From positions 7,636,629 through 7,700,628 of the forward strand of contig CM119265.1 of the NCBI GenBank assembly GCA_051294375.1: a stretch of 64,000 nt of DNA, read 5' to 3'. The stretch is from Paraspadella gotoi (Eukaryota; Animalia; Chaetognatha). The position numbers and the translations under genes were made by a program. The notes under the pieces are model-generated. The model was given only the letters and a program-made list of their open reading frames with translations. It had not been told where the DNA came from and ran no database searches. Position 1 is the first letter of the stretch, and each line of letters begins with the position of its first letter. Below are positions 34,601 to 49,688 of this stretch, in pieces.

Positions 34601-35722
34601 TATGGCAAAAAACCAAATATCCTAATCTCCTTATTGTAGCGGAAACAAAAATTTAACTACTTATGAAAAAAAATTTAGTTAGACCCTACACTAAATATTT
34701 ATATAATCCATTATTGTTTATTTTTGCCATTTTAGGAAAGTATTTTATTACTAAATTCCAATTTTTTATTTTTACTGTACCAAAGCTATAATTTTAGGTA
34801 TTAAGCTTCAGTTGAACAAAGAGGTGCTTTACAAGACTAACCTATTTTTAATATTTAATTATAATTTACTCTAAAAGCAAGCACAAATCAAACCTAAATC
34901 TCTATTCCTACTCTATAACTTACAGAAACACCAAACCTGTAATAGATTATTAATTCATAATTCACTTATCTCATCCTTAAATGAATATTAATATAAGACA
35001 TATATTGAAGTTCCCTAAACATTATAAACCAACTTTACAAAAATCTATGCAGAAACTTACAGAATTTTCTCATTCTTTTATCATATTATCATTACATTCA
35101 AAGAGTCTTTATTTCTGCAATCCCAATTAACAGAATCATTTTGAAAAAGAAAGTTATTACCAATAAAATCAGTACGATACCTTAAATTTGATCTCATTCC
35201 GTAGTTTTTTCTTCCTTAAACTAAATTTTGGTCGAAACGACAAACGCTCGAAAATCTTTTCCTAAAATATAGACTTACCCCTTTTGAAAAAAAATGGTCC
35301 TAAACTTGCAAAAAGATTTTTTCTCTCCTTACCAATTTTCTAAAGAAAATTAAGCTCGCTTGATTAGTCGAATTTTTTAACTTACTTCTCCCAAACAATC
35401 GATTAATAAAAGGAAAAATTATTCATATCCTCAGACACCACAGCTACAGTATTAAAAGGGTCAACACGTACTAATGTTTTCAAGCTTTTATAACCCCCCC
35501 TGTTTCACCTCAAGGTCCACTTAACGGTTCGCCACCGGATTTTGCCACAAACATCTTTCTTGGGTTAGAGTCAAACGCGCTTTAAAGTTTCCTCAACGAA
35601 ACCTTAGGAATTTACTACATAACTAACCGTTCTTCAGACATTGTACCAACAGCGGGTAACCTCGTTAACATGTAGCGCTGGGTGAAAAGGGAAAGGGAGG
35701 GTAAGTTAGTGAAAATACCTAC

Positions 35723-35813
35723 CTTCGTTCATCGAGGGTAAGGGGGTCAGGCGAATCTTTGTGACGGAGATGGAGACGAGGAATTTCCGGTGAGTGATTC
35801 GATGAATGACGGA
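35723..35813 (-). other. Candidate 91-nt minus-strand exon (unknown transcript)
   Basis: The minus strand reads ctaac-tctttttcatctcacttcacaacaaacttcacag | exon | gtaggt, giving a branch-like site, pyrimidine tract, CAG and donor. No recognisable product. Confidence 0.3.
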
Positions 35814-38800
35814 CTGTGAAGTTTGTTGTGAAGTGAGATGAAAAAGAGTTAGAGATAAGGAGTCGAGGGAATGGAGGGAAGAAAGGTAAGGTTAAAAAAA
35901 AAAAGGAATAAATCTCGAAGAGAAAAAAAAAATAAAGTAAGATGAAAACGCGAAAGAAAATAGAAGGAAAGTAAGGTCCTTACTAAGAAAAAGAAAAGTC
36001 CGAAGAAAATGATTTTTATCTTTTTATGATTACGTCATCTCCGTCGCGTCTTTCGTATCAATTGATCCTTCCGATCCCCCTGTATCCTTACTATTTACTC
36101 CTCCCCATCGAGTAAAAAAAAAAATACATGAGACTCACGTGGCGACCCGGCGCACACAGTGGCGCCCTCGACAACGGAGAGAGAAAACCGATACGAAGAC
36201 GTCGACGACGACGACGACGACGACGACGAGTGTTGAATGCGAATCGTCTCGTTTTACGACGCGTTTCTTGGGCGCGTACAGGTCGCGTCACGGCCTCGTC
36301 ACGGCGGTGTCACACCGTCACGGTCGCCGGGGCGGGCGAATAGAGAGGTGACGGTTCGTCACCCTTTCAACCTTTTTCTGTGTGATCGTCGAGTTTTGAT
36401 ATCCTCGTCGTCGTCGTCCTTTCCTTTTTTTGTGAGCTTGAGACCGCGCGATCTCGATCCAAGTTCAACAAGGTGAATTCGAGCCTCTGAGTCTGTTTTT
36501 TTTTACTGAAGATCGCACCTGATCCAGGTCTGCCTATATGTGGCTGTAAAATTTTGTGCACGTATAACCCAACGATATAAAATGTCAAAAATGACAAAAA
36601 AAAAGTCACGTCTAAAAAAGCTAAATATAAATTTTGGAATCTTTCAATCTTTCAACTTTTACATCTTTTAATCTTTTAATCTTTTAATATTTGAATTTTT
36701 AAATCTTAAAATTAATGTTTTAAATCTTTAAATAAATCTTCAAATCTTTTCATCTTCACATTTTCCCGTCTCTCCGTCTTCACATCTTCAACGTCTTCAC
36801 ATCTCCAGGTCGCCGGATGACCCGATGACCCGATGACCCGCGTCGCCGGTGAATCGACGCTGACGTCGCGACAAATCTCGAGATCGCAGAATCATTGAGC
36901 TTTGACGCGATTGCTGCCACGCCCCCCTTTCGCGTCACGGGAAGACGGCGGGGGCGAAGGTCGAGGGTTCGAGACTCGTCCAAGTCAAGACGCGAATAAC
37001 ATTTAATGCTAGAGAACAGAGAGTCGTGATTGGATAATAGAGAGTTGAGAGTGGAGATTAGAGATTTGAGAGTGGAGATTTGAGAATGGAGATTAGAGAG
37101 TAGAGAGTAGAGAGTGGTAACTAGAGAGCTGATACTGGACTTGATACGAGGAACAAGAGAATCACGCGGCGCCATTACTGGGATAATTTTTGATGTAGAT
37201 TAATTTTTCTTACATTCTAACGATCTAGGTAATTAATTATGATTTAAAAAACGTATAAAATTGAATGAATGTATTTTATTCTTATTTAAATTTCGTTCTT
37301 TTTGTAATAGATATCTACAAAACAATCAATAAATGATTTTATGCCATTAATAATTCTTGAATTATTCAAAACGAAGACGAAAAAAGAGAAGGAAATCAAG
37401 AATAATGTTATTTTTCCCATAATTTCTTATTTTTTATTTTTAGATCGTCGATGCCCTTTTAGCCTCGCGAATGTTTTTTATACATATTTTTTTTCTCTCT
37501 CTCTCTGATTTTGTAACCAAGCTTCGCCGAGCTTCACGTCATGTTTCTTATACGTGCGGATTTGCCGAAAGGCAATCAAAATCTACTTATGCTCTCTCTC
37601 TCTCTCTCTCTCTCTCTCTNNNNNNNNNNNNNNNNNNNNNNNNNNNNNNNNNNNNNNNNNNNNNNNNNNNNNNNNNNNNNNNNNNNNNNNNNNNNNNNNN
37701 NNNNNNNNNNNNNNNNNNNNNNNNNNNNNNNNNNNNNNNNNNNNNNNNNNNNNNNNNNNNNNNNNNNNNNNNNNNNNNNNNNNNNNNNNNNNNNNNNNNN
37801 NNNNNNNNNNNNNNNNCTGATAGTTTCAATCATTTAGGATTAAGCCAACGAATCTCGCAAAAAAAGAAAAATTTATTCAGTTGAATAAAATAATTCACTT
37901 TTGAGAAGAAAAAAAAAAAAANNNNNNNNNNNNNNNNNNNNNNNNNNNNNNNNNNNNNNNNNNNNNNNNNNNNNNNNNNNNNNNNNNNNNNNNNNNNNNN
38001 NNNNNNNNNNNNNNNNNNNNNNNNNNNNNNNNNNNNNNNNNNNNNNNNNNNNNNNNNNNNNNNNNNNNNNNNNNNNNNNNNNNNNNNNNNNNNNNNNNNN
38101 NNNNNNNNNNNNNNNNNNNNNNNNNNNNNNNNNNNNNNNNNNNNNNNNNNNNNNNNNNNNNNNNNNNNNNNNNNNNNNNNNNNNNNNNNNNNNNNNNNNN
38201 NNNNNNNNNNNNNNNNNNNNNNNNNNNNNNNNNNNNNNNNNNNNNNNNNNNNNNNNNNNNNNNNNNNNNNNNNNNNNNCATCGAGTTTTACGAGACGGTT
38301 TGTTTGTGTTGGGCGGCGGAAAGAGGGCGGTGCCCGGTGTCGGATGGCCTGTTCGGGCGGGCGGCGGGCGGGCTGGTGTCGAGCTGGTCGGTTGGATGTT
38401 TGTCGGTCGAACCTTTGTTTGTTACGATTACCAGTTACCATCTTTGTGGTTTCGTTCGAGGTTTCGTTCGCGGTTTTTTGGGGTTCAGTTTCGACTTTTA
38501 GGTTTAGTTTCTCAGTTGCTAAGGAGTTTTAGCTGCTAAGTCTATTTAAATTTGACCGTGTATTCCATCACATGATAACTATGCAGATGCTGAAAAAATC
38601 TGTGGCAATGTCAGCAGTAGATGACATTGACGCGTGTGTCTGCAATTGAAAATAAAACACGTTACGTTCGGACAAAATATTTTCATTTTTGTTGTCTTTT
38701 GAAAAAATAGTACAAAGACCATCACATACTCCCCCTAAAACTAAGCCCCGTTTCCCGGCGGCGGAAATTTAGCGAAACCCCGAATTACTCATTAAGATTT

Positions 38801-38949
38801 AAAAAAGTTCCTTCGTTTTTCTTTCCCTTAATTTCCTTCCATTCTTCCACCGCCCCCCCTTTTCATTTCCTCTCCCTTCCCGCCATTTTCCTCACTGACC
38901 CCGTTCCTCGCCCTCTCTCACCCATTTTCTCTCTCTTTGCCATTTTCAG

Positions 38950-39032
38950 GATGTGCCTTTTTGACGTATTGCCAGCGAGACTCAGCCATCAAGGCTCAAC
39001 AGGCGCTACACGAACAGAAAACATTACCAGGG
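38950..39032 (+). CDS. CELF: Internal exon of a CELF3-6 / Bruno-like RNA-binding protein (C-terminal half of RRM1)
   Basis: ttttcag|GA TGT GCC ... CCA GGG|gtaagt encodes (G)[27 protein letters not shown], the RNP1-containing segment typical of CELF3/4/5/6. The exon is 83 nt, phase 1 in and phase 0 out, with a long pyrimidine tract upstream. Confidence 0.95.
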
Positions 39033-39054
39033 GTAAGTTCAAATCTTTTCTTCT

Positions 39055-39166
<112 letters not shown>

Positions 39167-40435
39167 TTCTCTTTACTGTCTCACGACGTGGATAATGATC
39201 TTGTAACTTTCGACGCTCAGTACGTAAATTGGCGCTACGAGAGGTGACGCTGCGCTCTAAGTTGGCGCTACGCTGATAAGCGGCGATGCGTCTCACGATT
39301 GCGCTGCGTTACGAGATAGCGTTACGTAAGTTTCTTTAGTGGCGTTGAAGATAGGACGAAAAAGGGTCGCCTTTCCCTAACCGTTGAGAAAATAACGCAT
39401 AAACGAATAAACAACGAGACAAACGAACAAACAAACTGACTAACAACATAACAAACATCAGAAATCCATTCACTTTTATCAAGCACGAGGAGAAAAGGAA
39501 TCTCTCGAGCTTTAATTTCCTCCGCGTTGATCTTATGTTTTATTCTTTCCGTTCGCGCGACTCAAGCGCCGACTCCTCGACTGGCGGGATTTATTCAAAA
39601 AACCATTTCTTTTCCCTTTTTTTTCACCCTCTCGTTTCCTTTTTTTTTTATTTTCTTCTCCTTTTTTTCTCCCCTTTTCCTTTCTCTGAAATTCTCAACC
39701 CGAGTGCACGCCTGGCGAATTAAGACGCCGTTTTCCCTCCGTTATCTCCCTTTATTTCTTTTCTCTCTTCTTCCTTTCATTACTTTTTTTTTTATTTCTT
39801 TCTTTTTTTTTCTCTCTCTCTCTCGCTCCCTTTTTTTTTCTCTCCTTTCTTCCCCGATCTCGTTTTTCAAGGTCGTTTCCTCATCAACGTTTTATACAGA
39901 ATCGACGCTGATGCTTTTTCATTTTCATTCTCCTCTCTTCTTCTTCTCTTCTCGCCATGGAGGGTCCTCGCCACTCTTTTCATCTTTCTTATTCTCATAT
40001 TCCTCTCTTTTCTTGGATCATCCTCTTCTCTTTTTCTTTTCTCTTTTTCTTTTTTTTTTTAACTTCGCACTGCGTTTTCTTTTTTCTTTTCTTTTTAACT
40101 TTTCGCTTCCTTTCTTTTCCGCTCATTCTCTTTTTTATTTTTTATATTTTCTGCCTCTTTTCTTTCTCTTCATCTTATTTTTCTTTTTTCGCGCATTCCT
40201 CCTAGGTATACTGGTTTAAGTATGTTATATAAAACTTGTTTAATTACTTTATTAATTAGCTAATTACAATCCACGTCGCCTTCTCATTCAGATTCACCTC
40301 TTCGTAATTTTGATTACCTCTTTTTTTTCCTTTCGCTTAAAGACTTAATTATTCGATTTTCTCTCTGTCTCTCGTCCTCCTATCTGTCTCTTCCCTCCCT
40401 CCTCTGTCTCTTATCTCTCGTCTCTCCTCTCTGCT

Positions 40436-40476
<41 letters not shown>

Positions 40477-40935
40477 TCTCTCTCCTCTCTCTCTCTCTCT
40501 CTCTCCTCTCTGAACGAGCAAAGAGGATTTTGAAAAAATTCTTCCTTGTTGAGACTTCTTCAATTGTTGAGTTCGTCGTACCCTTTTCCTTTATTATTCA
40601 AAAAACAGAACCAAAAAAAATCGATAAAATAATAACGAAAAAAATCGATGAGACTCGGAAACCATATTCCCTGCGAGAACCATCGTTCGACTCCTTCGCG
40701 GCATCTCTCGCGGGCGAAAAACGAAAGAAAATCGAGAAAGAGAAATTCTCTATTCTTTTTTTTATTGATGAAACTTTTAAACATTTTTCATAACTTGATA
40801 AGGAGAAAGATAGATAGATAAATAGAGATCTTCCACTTTTACCTATTTCCACTTGTGTTTCTTCATACTTGTCCGTTTCACTGTTTCCCCTCTCTCTCTC
40901 TCTCTCTCTCTCTCCATCTCTCTTCGTCTCTCTCA

Positions 40936-40985
<50 letters not shown>

Positions 40986-41751
40986 TACCTTAACTCAGGC
41001 TCTCCCCCTTCCACTCTTGAATTCTCATAACTTTTTCCACCAAACCCCCAGCCCCCCCCCCAATTCTCTCACCCCTTCTCTTCTCGCTTCACTTTCTTCA
41101 ACTGTTGTCCCGTTTGATTATCAACAATCCCCGACATCCACTCGTCGACTCGTCCCCCCTTAATTTTATCTTTCCTTTTCCTTTCCTTTTTTTCTTTTCT
41201 TTTTTTTTTTTTGAATCTCTTATTTTTCCTTTATCACCTCCGGTAATTTTCTTTCCTTTTCCTACTCTAACTTCCGTTTACAGTTTGTCGCTTTCTCATT
41301 TTCAACTTATCTTATTGACCCTACCCTTTGTCGTCCGCTCTCAATGCGCTTCTTTCTCCCCTTTTCTTTGAAATACCAACATATTTCTTCTTTTTCTCTA
41401 CCTATTTTCTTTCCTCTTTTACCTCCTATCTGTATTTCTTCCCAGACCTTCCACCATCACTTTTCTTTTTCTCCATCTCTCTCCTCTTTCCTCCCTTCTT
41501 CCTTCCTTCTTTCCTTCTTCCTTCCAATACTCACTCCCATGTTGCTCCCTTCTCCTTTTTTTTCCTCCCGGTCCTCATTTGCGTCNNNNNNNNNNNNNNN
41601 NNNNNNNNNNNNNNNNNNNNNNNNNNNNNNNNNNNNNNNNNNNNNNNNNNNNNNNNNNNNNNNNNNNNNNNNNNNNNNNNNNNNNNNNNNNNNNNNNNNN
41701 NNNNNNNNNNNNNNNNNNNNNNNNNNNNNNNNNNNNNNNNNNGAGAGAGAG

Positions 41752-41803
<52 letters not shown>

Positions 41804-42501
41804 AAGAGAAGAGAGAGAGAGAAGAGAGAGAAGAGAGAGAGGAGAGAGAGAGAGAGAGAGAGAGAGAAGAGAGAGAGAGGAGAGAGAGAAGAGAGAGAGA
41901 GAGAGGGCGCGCTCCAAGTGGGCGAACGCAGAGAATCGAATCACATTCGTCCAAGATGGCGGCGGTCCCGCCTTGATGCGGAACGGGCAGAAAAAAAACA
42001 AGATTGGCGGTTGGAGAATCTCCTCCTCTCTCTCTCTCTCTCTCTCTTTCTCTCCTCTCCTCTTACTCCTCCCTCTCAACCTCTCCTCTCTTCTCTCCGT
42101 CCATGTCTCTCTCTCCCTCTCGCCTCCTTCTCTTCTCTCTCCACCTCTCTCATGGTCTCTCTCTTCTCTCTTCCATCGCATTCTCTCTCCTCATTCTCTC
42201 TCAACTCTGGAAGAGAAAAGAAAGAGAAGGAATGAAGGAGAGATGAAAGTGGAAGCCGAGGTGGTGATCTGTGGAAGGGGGAAGTGGAAAGATGGTGGAG
42301 AGGATTTGGTGAGGGGGTGTGGAAGAGGTGGGACCTCGGAATGCCTCCGTCCATCATGAAAGGCCATCATTAACTAGGAATCCATCATCATGAAGCCGAC
42401 GGACGGGGGAACAACGATTTGTAGAGATTCTCTCATTCTCTCCACCTGACGAAGAGGGAGAGGTGCGGCGACGAGAGGGGATGAAGATAGGGGAGAGAGA
42501 T

Positions 42502-42589
<88 letters not shown>

Positions 42590-43103
42590 CAACGACAAAG
42601 ACATGGGTTGTTTGAGATAAAATATGGGTTAACGAGCGCGGAATTAAATCCGGGGCTGTCGAGGAAAAAGAAATTAAATCCGGGTTTCGGCTCGCGAAAT
42701 CCGTATGTCGTTTACTTCGGCCGTTGATCCTTTCAATGTGAGCCAAGCTGAATGTAAACGGTGATCGATGGCTTAGAGATTGAGTATCCCAGTTTTAAGT
42801 CACAATTCTGAGCTTCTCACGAAATTCCCTGTCTGTATTGAAAATTTGTTATACTGGGCTTAATATTAGAACTGAACCGGAAGGCTAATTGAGTATTTGT
42901 AAAATTAACGAATAAACTTTAAAAAATAGCGAAAAAAAGTAAACAGTTTTTGAAAAAAATCCGTCGGAAATAAATTTTTAAAAAATAATATAGTATTTAA
43001 ATACGACATAAATAGATATAGATTGATATTCGAAACTACATACTAGCAAAATGGAATCTTGTTAACATAAAAAAAAAAGATCCCCGACAGCAGGCTCGCG
43101 ACC

Positions 43104-43118
43104 GACGCCACCTAGCGG
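43104..43118 (-). promoter_or_regulatory. CTCF-like motif
   Basis: The reverse complement ccgctaggtggcgtc closely matches the CC(A/G)C(C/T)AG(G/A)TGGCGC consensus. Motif match only. Confidence 0.4.
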
Positions 43119-43623
43119 TCGAGAGGCGAAGAATCGGCGACGATTAACTCCGACATCCATCATCGAACGTCAAAAGGAGTCAGATGGGAGGAGGGGGTTG
43201 GGTGAAGGTAGCGATGGTGGAGGAGATGGCGGAAGAGATGGCATCCGAGATGGTAGAGGAGATGGCGGAAAAGATGAATGAAGAGATGGCAAGCGCGATT
43301 AGAGATGGGATGGCAGACGGGCTGTGCTACGTGTTACGGGTTATTTTTGAGTAAGATGAATTTGAGGCCTCAAAATCCACCACAGGTTGCTATTCAAGGT
43401 TGCAAAACAAGTTTGCCTGTTTATTAAAAGAATGGATGATTTTTACAATGGCTTTTAACAATTTTTCAAGAAATCTTAGAGGAAATATGATGGAAATCTT
43501 TTGGTTAGCAGAGAGATTTGTTTTTGGGTTTCCAACAATGATGAAATCTTATAGAGGACGGCAGGGGACATAGTAAAAGAGATAGCTTCCAGATTATGGT
43601 CGAGGGAAGAACCATAATCTGGA

Positions 43624-43687
43624 ACATCCAACATCCAACATCCAACATCCAACATCCAACATCCAACATCCAACATCCAACATCCAA
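43624..43687. repeat. (CATCCAA)9 heptanucleotide tandem repeat
   Basis: Perfect 7-mer array. It is the source of the MLDVGCW pseudo-ORFs. Confidence 0.97.
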
Positions 43688-44244
43688 ACTTAGATGCAAC
43701 GAAATAAGCCTGAGAATTGGCAACATTGATGTTAGGTCGGTGCTAACTCTTGGTCGAAAAATATGGATTCGATGATAAGGTGAATGTGATTTCCTGGCGT
43801 CAAGGACTAGGAGGCATGACTTGGCGCGTTGACGTTGAAAATGAGGCCGAAAATAGGATCGACTCGGGAAATGGGAAAATATGGGAAATGAGAGAAGGGC
43901 GGAGGGGGGTGGGGGAATTAAGGAGAATGTAATCTATGGGGAGAAAATGACCGAAAGTTCATGATTGACCGACGGGCAACAATGCGCCGCAATCTCTTTG
44001 GTGTGAGGGGGAGAGATTTATCTCGGCCGAAACGGAGTACGGGGAGAGAGAGAGAGAGAGAGCAGAGAGAAGAGAGAGAGAGAAGAGAGAGAGAGAAGAG
44101 AGGAGAGAGAGGGGGAGATTTTCGGAAATAAGTCGTGCACATTATGAACCGATTGAACCATAACCGGGATCTCTATAAATCTTGAAAAAAGTCTGGCCTG
44201 AGAGAGAATAGGAAAAAAAGAGAAATAGATCGAAAACGAGAACG

Positions 44245-44357
<113 letters not shown>

Positions 44358-45812
44358 CCTCACGTCGCCGGAATATACGGGAGCGAAGTGTGATGCGGGA
44401 ATCAAGTGAGAGTGAAAAATGAGTCGGACATAAAGAAAGATTAGGATGAGGTAAGAAGACGGAAGTGAATTAAATGAAATGAAGTCGAATAAATCAATCC
44501 ATCAATGAATTAATCAGTCGACTAATCAATAAATTGAGAAAATCAATGAATTTCGTCAAACACGTAAGTGAATGGTGTTTGTCAAAGCTGTTGACCAATT
44601 CCACAGTGACGACCATTATGTTTCATTGTTCACCAGAACTCACTCAGTCTCACCTCAGATCAGGTCGACTAGGAATACCTCGCGATCATTTTTCTCCTCA
44701 ATTCGCTTCGAATAAAATACGAAGGCGGAAATGAGTGATGCGACGAGAAAGTGAGAAACGAGTCGAACGTGAATCGTGAATCGAGTGAAGAATGTGAACC
44801 CAAAACTGAGTGAATCGAGAAACGAGGAAGCGGCGACGCTGACGACCATAATGACGACGACTACGACGATAAAAGATGGACCATCTCCACTGATAGGTTA
44901 CGGGAAAAAAAAGGGGGGTGGAGGGAATAAACCCGGAAACGAATCGGGAAGTAATGAATGGACGATGAACGTGGCGATGAATGGGCGATGAACGTGGCGA
45001 TGAATGGGCCATAAGCGGAGGAGAGAACCGGGTTAAAAGCGCAATAAATAGGGAGGGAGGAACGAGGGACCGACGCGTAATTGGCCGGGTGAGGTTAGGG
45101 TGAGTGAGCCTTGACGATAAGTTAAGCTCGGCGGAAAAGATTTGACTTACACGTTAAGCTATGTTAAATTTAAAGCCGAAAAAATGTGTAAAATTTTTTA
45201 AATGTTTGATGCTTAAATTTACAGTTATCGGTTTCTAAGGCAAAAAAAAATAATAATATCGAGATTGCCTTCCATGTTGGAACCCTTCGCTTAATATTCA
45301 GCTATTCACGAATTCTATTTTAAACAAACGCTGTTTATTTGTATCTTTTGGTTACACAATTCATATTTGAAAATGTCAAAAGAGGAAGTAGCTTAGTCAC
45401 TACAATAATGACAATGTCCAAATGTCTCTTGTTCGGTTTTAAAACGAAGATTCTCAAAAAACAAAAAAAATCTTTCTCCAATTAACCTCGCGATCGAAAT
45501 TTTCAGCTCAAAATTTTTTTTAACTCGAAGAAAAAGTTAAAAATGGTGGAAAGCTCATAAATCTTTTCCAATTCGAGTCTCCCACGCCCACTCGCCCATG
45601 GCGTCATCATTCATACTTGCCTCACCTCGCCTCCGCCTCCTTCCATACCCACCCAACCACCGTCTCTCCAAAGCGACGACGCCTTACCCTTCACGTTTCA
45701 ATTTCTCCTTCCTTCCTTAGTAAGTATCTCATTGAGTATCTAATGACACTTCCTCCTTTCCAATCCCTGGTGCCACATTTCATTCCATCACTCTTCCGTT
45801 AGAGATTCTTCA

Positions 45813-45937
<125 letters not shown>

Positions 45938-48795
45938 GTTCTTTGTCTTTTTTAGTTACGCGATTAACACGCCGAGGTTAATTTATTTCCTTCTCATATT
46001 TTCTCTTTTCTTCATCTATTTCGAGATGAATATTTTTTTCCGGAGATCTCTCTCTCTCTCTCTCTCTGACTCATATTCAGTCTTTTTCTTGTCCTCTTTC
46101 CTCCCTCACTTCTTTTCACGGCTTCCAAATATTAGAGTGAAAACATTCTCAGCTGTTTCTACACAACATCAATCCCCTGCTAAAGCAAGGAGAGAGGAGG
46201 AGAGAATGCAGACGGAGTGACGTAGTCGAGCGAGATGAGAGAGAGACGAGAGAGCAGAGAAGTAGGTGAGATGAAGAGATGAGAGCATATGCGAGAGGGA
46301 GAGAGGGAGAGAGAGAGGACGAGGAGTCGAGAGAGAGAGAGGGAACGTCGACTCTGCAAAAAAAGTAAAATTAAAAAAAATTGGGGTAGGAAATGAAAAG
46401 GGAAAAAACCGAAGAAAAAAAAAAAAAAAAAAACTAAAAAAAAAGGAAAGGAAAATGGCAGAAGGAGAATGATGAAGAATTCCGTTCGTCTCTGGAGGTT
46501 TTCAATAAAGTGGCGAAACTCTGGGGTTTTTTGTTTCTCCATTTTCACTTTTCCATTCCTTTTTTTTCCGTCTCATTTTTTTGGGTTTTTTTTTTCTCTA
46601 TTATTTTTTCATCTTTCTTTTTATCCATCTTTCCTTCCCGAGAAATTTTTCTCGATTCGCCAAAGAAACCAGACGCGACTGAATTTTTACTCTTTAATCG
46701 CGAGTAGCCGCGACTCAATAAGACGCCTTTCTGGTCGGTCAGTCAGTCAAATTGTTAAATTGTTAATTAAATTGAAAAATAAACTATTCCTTACACTGTT
46801 TTTTCTTGAAAAATATCTTTAAATGAATATTTTCTTAAAAACTAACAGATAAAGAATATGTTTAAATGTATATTCGATAACAATTTTTTAAACTTTAATT
46901 AATAAACCGCTACTACCCGGCTTGTCTTATTTTCCCCCTTTTTTTTTGGTCGAGAGAGTTTCGCGAATTTAACTTCGGCTTCGGTTACGTAAAAAATGGA
47001 TGAGGAATCTAATCTGTAGCGAATGAGACGCATGAAAATCCAGGCGGTGAATTTTTAAAAAGGTTTTTTTTTTAAAGAGAAAACCTTTTAACTATCGTTT
47101 TTCATTAAATTTTAAAAACTTTGCCACGAATCCAGTCGTCACCGTCATCATTGACTCGTTATGATTGACCTTTTGGGTTCGTTTATATTATCATCACTCT
47201 GAATTACAAATCTTCAACGTTTCTCATTTGACACTTTTGTCAGAGACCCCTCGTAGTTTGTTACTAATATCACCAAGTATTTGTTGTCATCGTCGTCGTT
47301 GTCATCGTCATCGCCGTCGTCGTTGTCATCGTCGTCCAGGGACGATTCCGCCTGAGGAGAGAATCCATTCATCTTATCACGGTCTTCACCTCGCGATCCT
47401 CCTTCGCCTTTTCTTTCTTTTTTTTTTTCCTTTTCGCTCCTTTTCCCATTTACTCTTTGCTCTCCTTTTTATTAGCTCCTCTTTACAGTTTTTTTTTTTT
47501 CACTCATTCGTAGCTGTTCACTTCCTTCCCTCTTCTTTTAATTCTTTCTTTTACCTCAACTTTCCTGAATTCAGAACTCACTCTTCCGGTTTTCGTTCTT
47601 TGTTTCTTTTCGTATCAATCGTATTTCCGTCCTTGTACTTTCTCCGGATTTTTTTCCCTTTCCCTTCTTTCCGCTCTCACCTGGATTCCAACGCATTTTT
47701 CCATCAACAAAACAGGTTATACGTACTTTCAGCCCTTGTTCTCTTTCCCTTTCCTCCCTCATTCCCACCTCGGATTTTTGAGTAACATTGTCCCAAAAAC
47801 AAATCGCGTCGCCCGTCGGTTTACCTCGTCCCTCATTGGCTCCCGTCTCTCGACGTCGTCGCGCGGATTCTCAATGCAAAAGGAAAGAGAATTACGTCCG
47901 GTGATGTCGTCACACAGATATCTACGACCCTTTGCGCGAAGACGGACGCGAGACGACGACGATAACGTAGACGCCTTTCGCGAAACGGGAGGGGGGGGGG
48001 CGTTGCCGCGCGGGAAAATTGGTGAAAGGGAAAATGGCGAATCCGTCCTGACGACCGAGTGTGAAAAGATGTGAGGTGATATCACGGGAATTTGAACGTG
48101 AGAAAGTTGGTATCTTTGTGATTGATTTGGATTATTAATTCAATAATTCTCCCTATAATCATGTCTCTGGCAAAATAAGATTCGAATGAGGAAAAAAAGG
48201 CGTTTATTGAAAAGGAGGAAAAAGGCCGAATAAAATAATAACAAGTAGTACGTCTGACTAAAGAGAGGGAAAAAGGTGGAGTGAATATTTTTGAAACTAA
48301 AAACCTGGACCCCGAAGTCCCGCGAGCTCGAAGGAGAAGAGGATGAGGAAAGGGGAGGATGACGATGCCTTCGGCTGAACCCCTCCTCATCGATTCTTTT
48401 AGGACTACTCATTCGTTGCTCTTTTGTTTCACAATAATCTGTCTATCGGACCCATTATTGTGATAGTATCGGTAGATGAAACTACGTAAAAACATAGAAA
48501 GAAATTAACAAAAATAGTTTACGCGTCTCACGACAAATGAGCGAAAAAAAGATACAAAGAGAGACCGAGAAATATTAATCGCATATACAACGATAAATTA
48601 ATATTAATGTATAAAAAATACAGAATATATAGACAAAATACTAATAATATTAAACAGCGAATCTTTCGTCCAGAATTTCCTTTTTTTCTTAATTTCTTTC
48701 TTTCAGAAAATTTTCCCAAAAGTCGACCTCTGGACCCCAACGCAAATTAAATTTTGGCGGCTTCAGTTTACGCAAATAACTCATAGGTCACTCAG

Positions 48796-48847
<52 letters not shown>

Positions 48848-49309
48848 CTTCCTCTCTCTCCCCCTTCTCTCTCTCTCTTCTCTCTCTCACTGTTCTGAGT
48901 GAAAGTTCTCCGGGAATTAATTCTAGACACCATATTTGGCTCGGGATCATGCATCAAGAATTTTGGTGGCGCCGAACGCGCGTGCGTTCCCCTGACCTTT
49001 TGACTTTTTCCCCGCTTCGCCAACTTTGACTTTTGAATCGCCACCACCACCCCGACCACCACGCTGGACCACCACCCCGGTTCACTTCGCTGACGCCAGT
49101 CCCCATCACCCGCCCCCCCTCGGAGGCTTTGCTCTTTCTTATCCACGATTGTTCTCACCAACCATCGATTCATCTCGACAGCCTAAGGGAACCTTTTTAA
49201 CGTTGACCGCGAACAGTTGCGAGCGTCGAGTTGTAAATGGATTTTTTGTGCTAATTACGGAGATTCTGACTCTCTCTGTTTTTATGACTCTGTCTCTCTC
49301 TCTCTCTAT

Positions 49310-49357
<48 letters not shown>

Positions 49358-49652
49358 TTCTTTTCTTTCTTTCTTTCTTTCTTTCTTTCTTTTACTTATT
49401 TTTCTTTTCTTTCTTTCTTTCTTCTTAACTCTCTCTCTTCTCTCTTCTCCCCCCTCTCTCTCCTCTCTCTCTCTCTTCTCTCTCCCTCTCTCTCTCTCTC
49501 TCTCCCTCTCTCTCCTCTCTTTTCTTTCTTCTTTTTTCTTGTCTTTTTTCTTTCTTACTCTCTTCTCTTCTCCCTCATCTCTCCCTCTCTCTCTCTCATC
49601 TCTCTCTCTCTCTCTCTCACCTCTCTCATCCCTCCACTACCCATACTCGTCT

Positions 49653-49688
<36 letters not shown>

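Noticed and set aside
43476-43726. MLDVGCW repeat ORFs
   Set aside because: Translation of the perfect (CATCCAA)n heptamer repeat.
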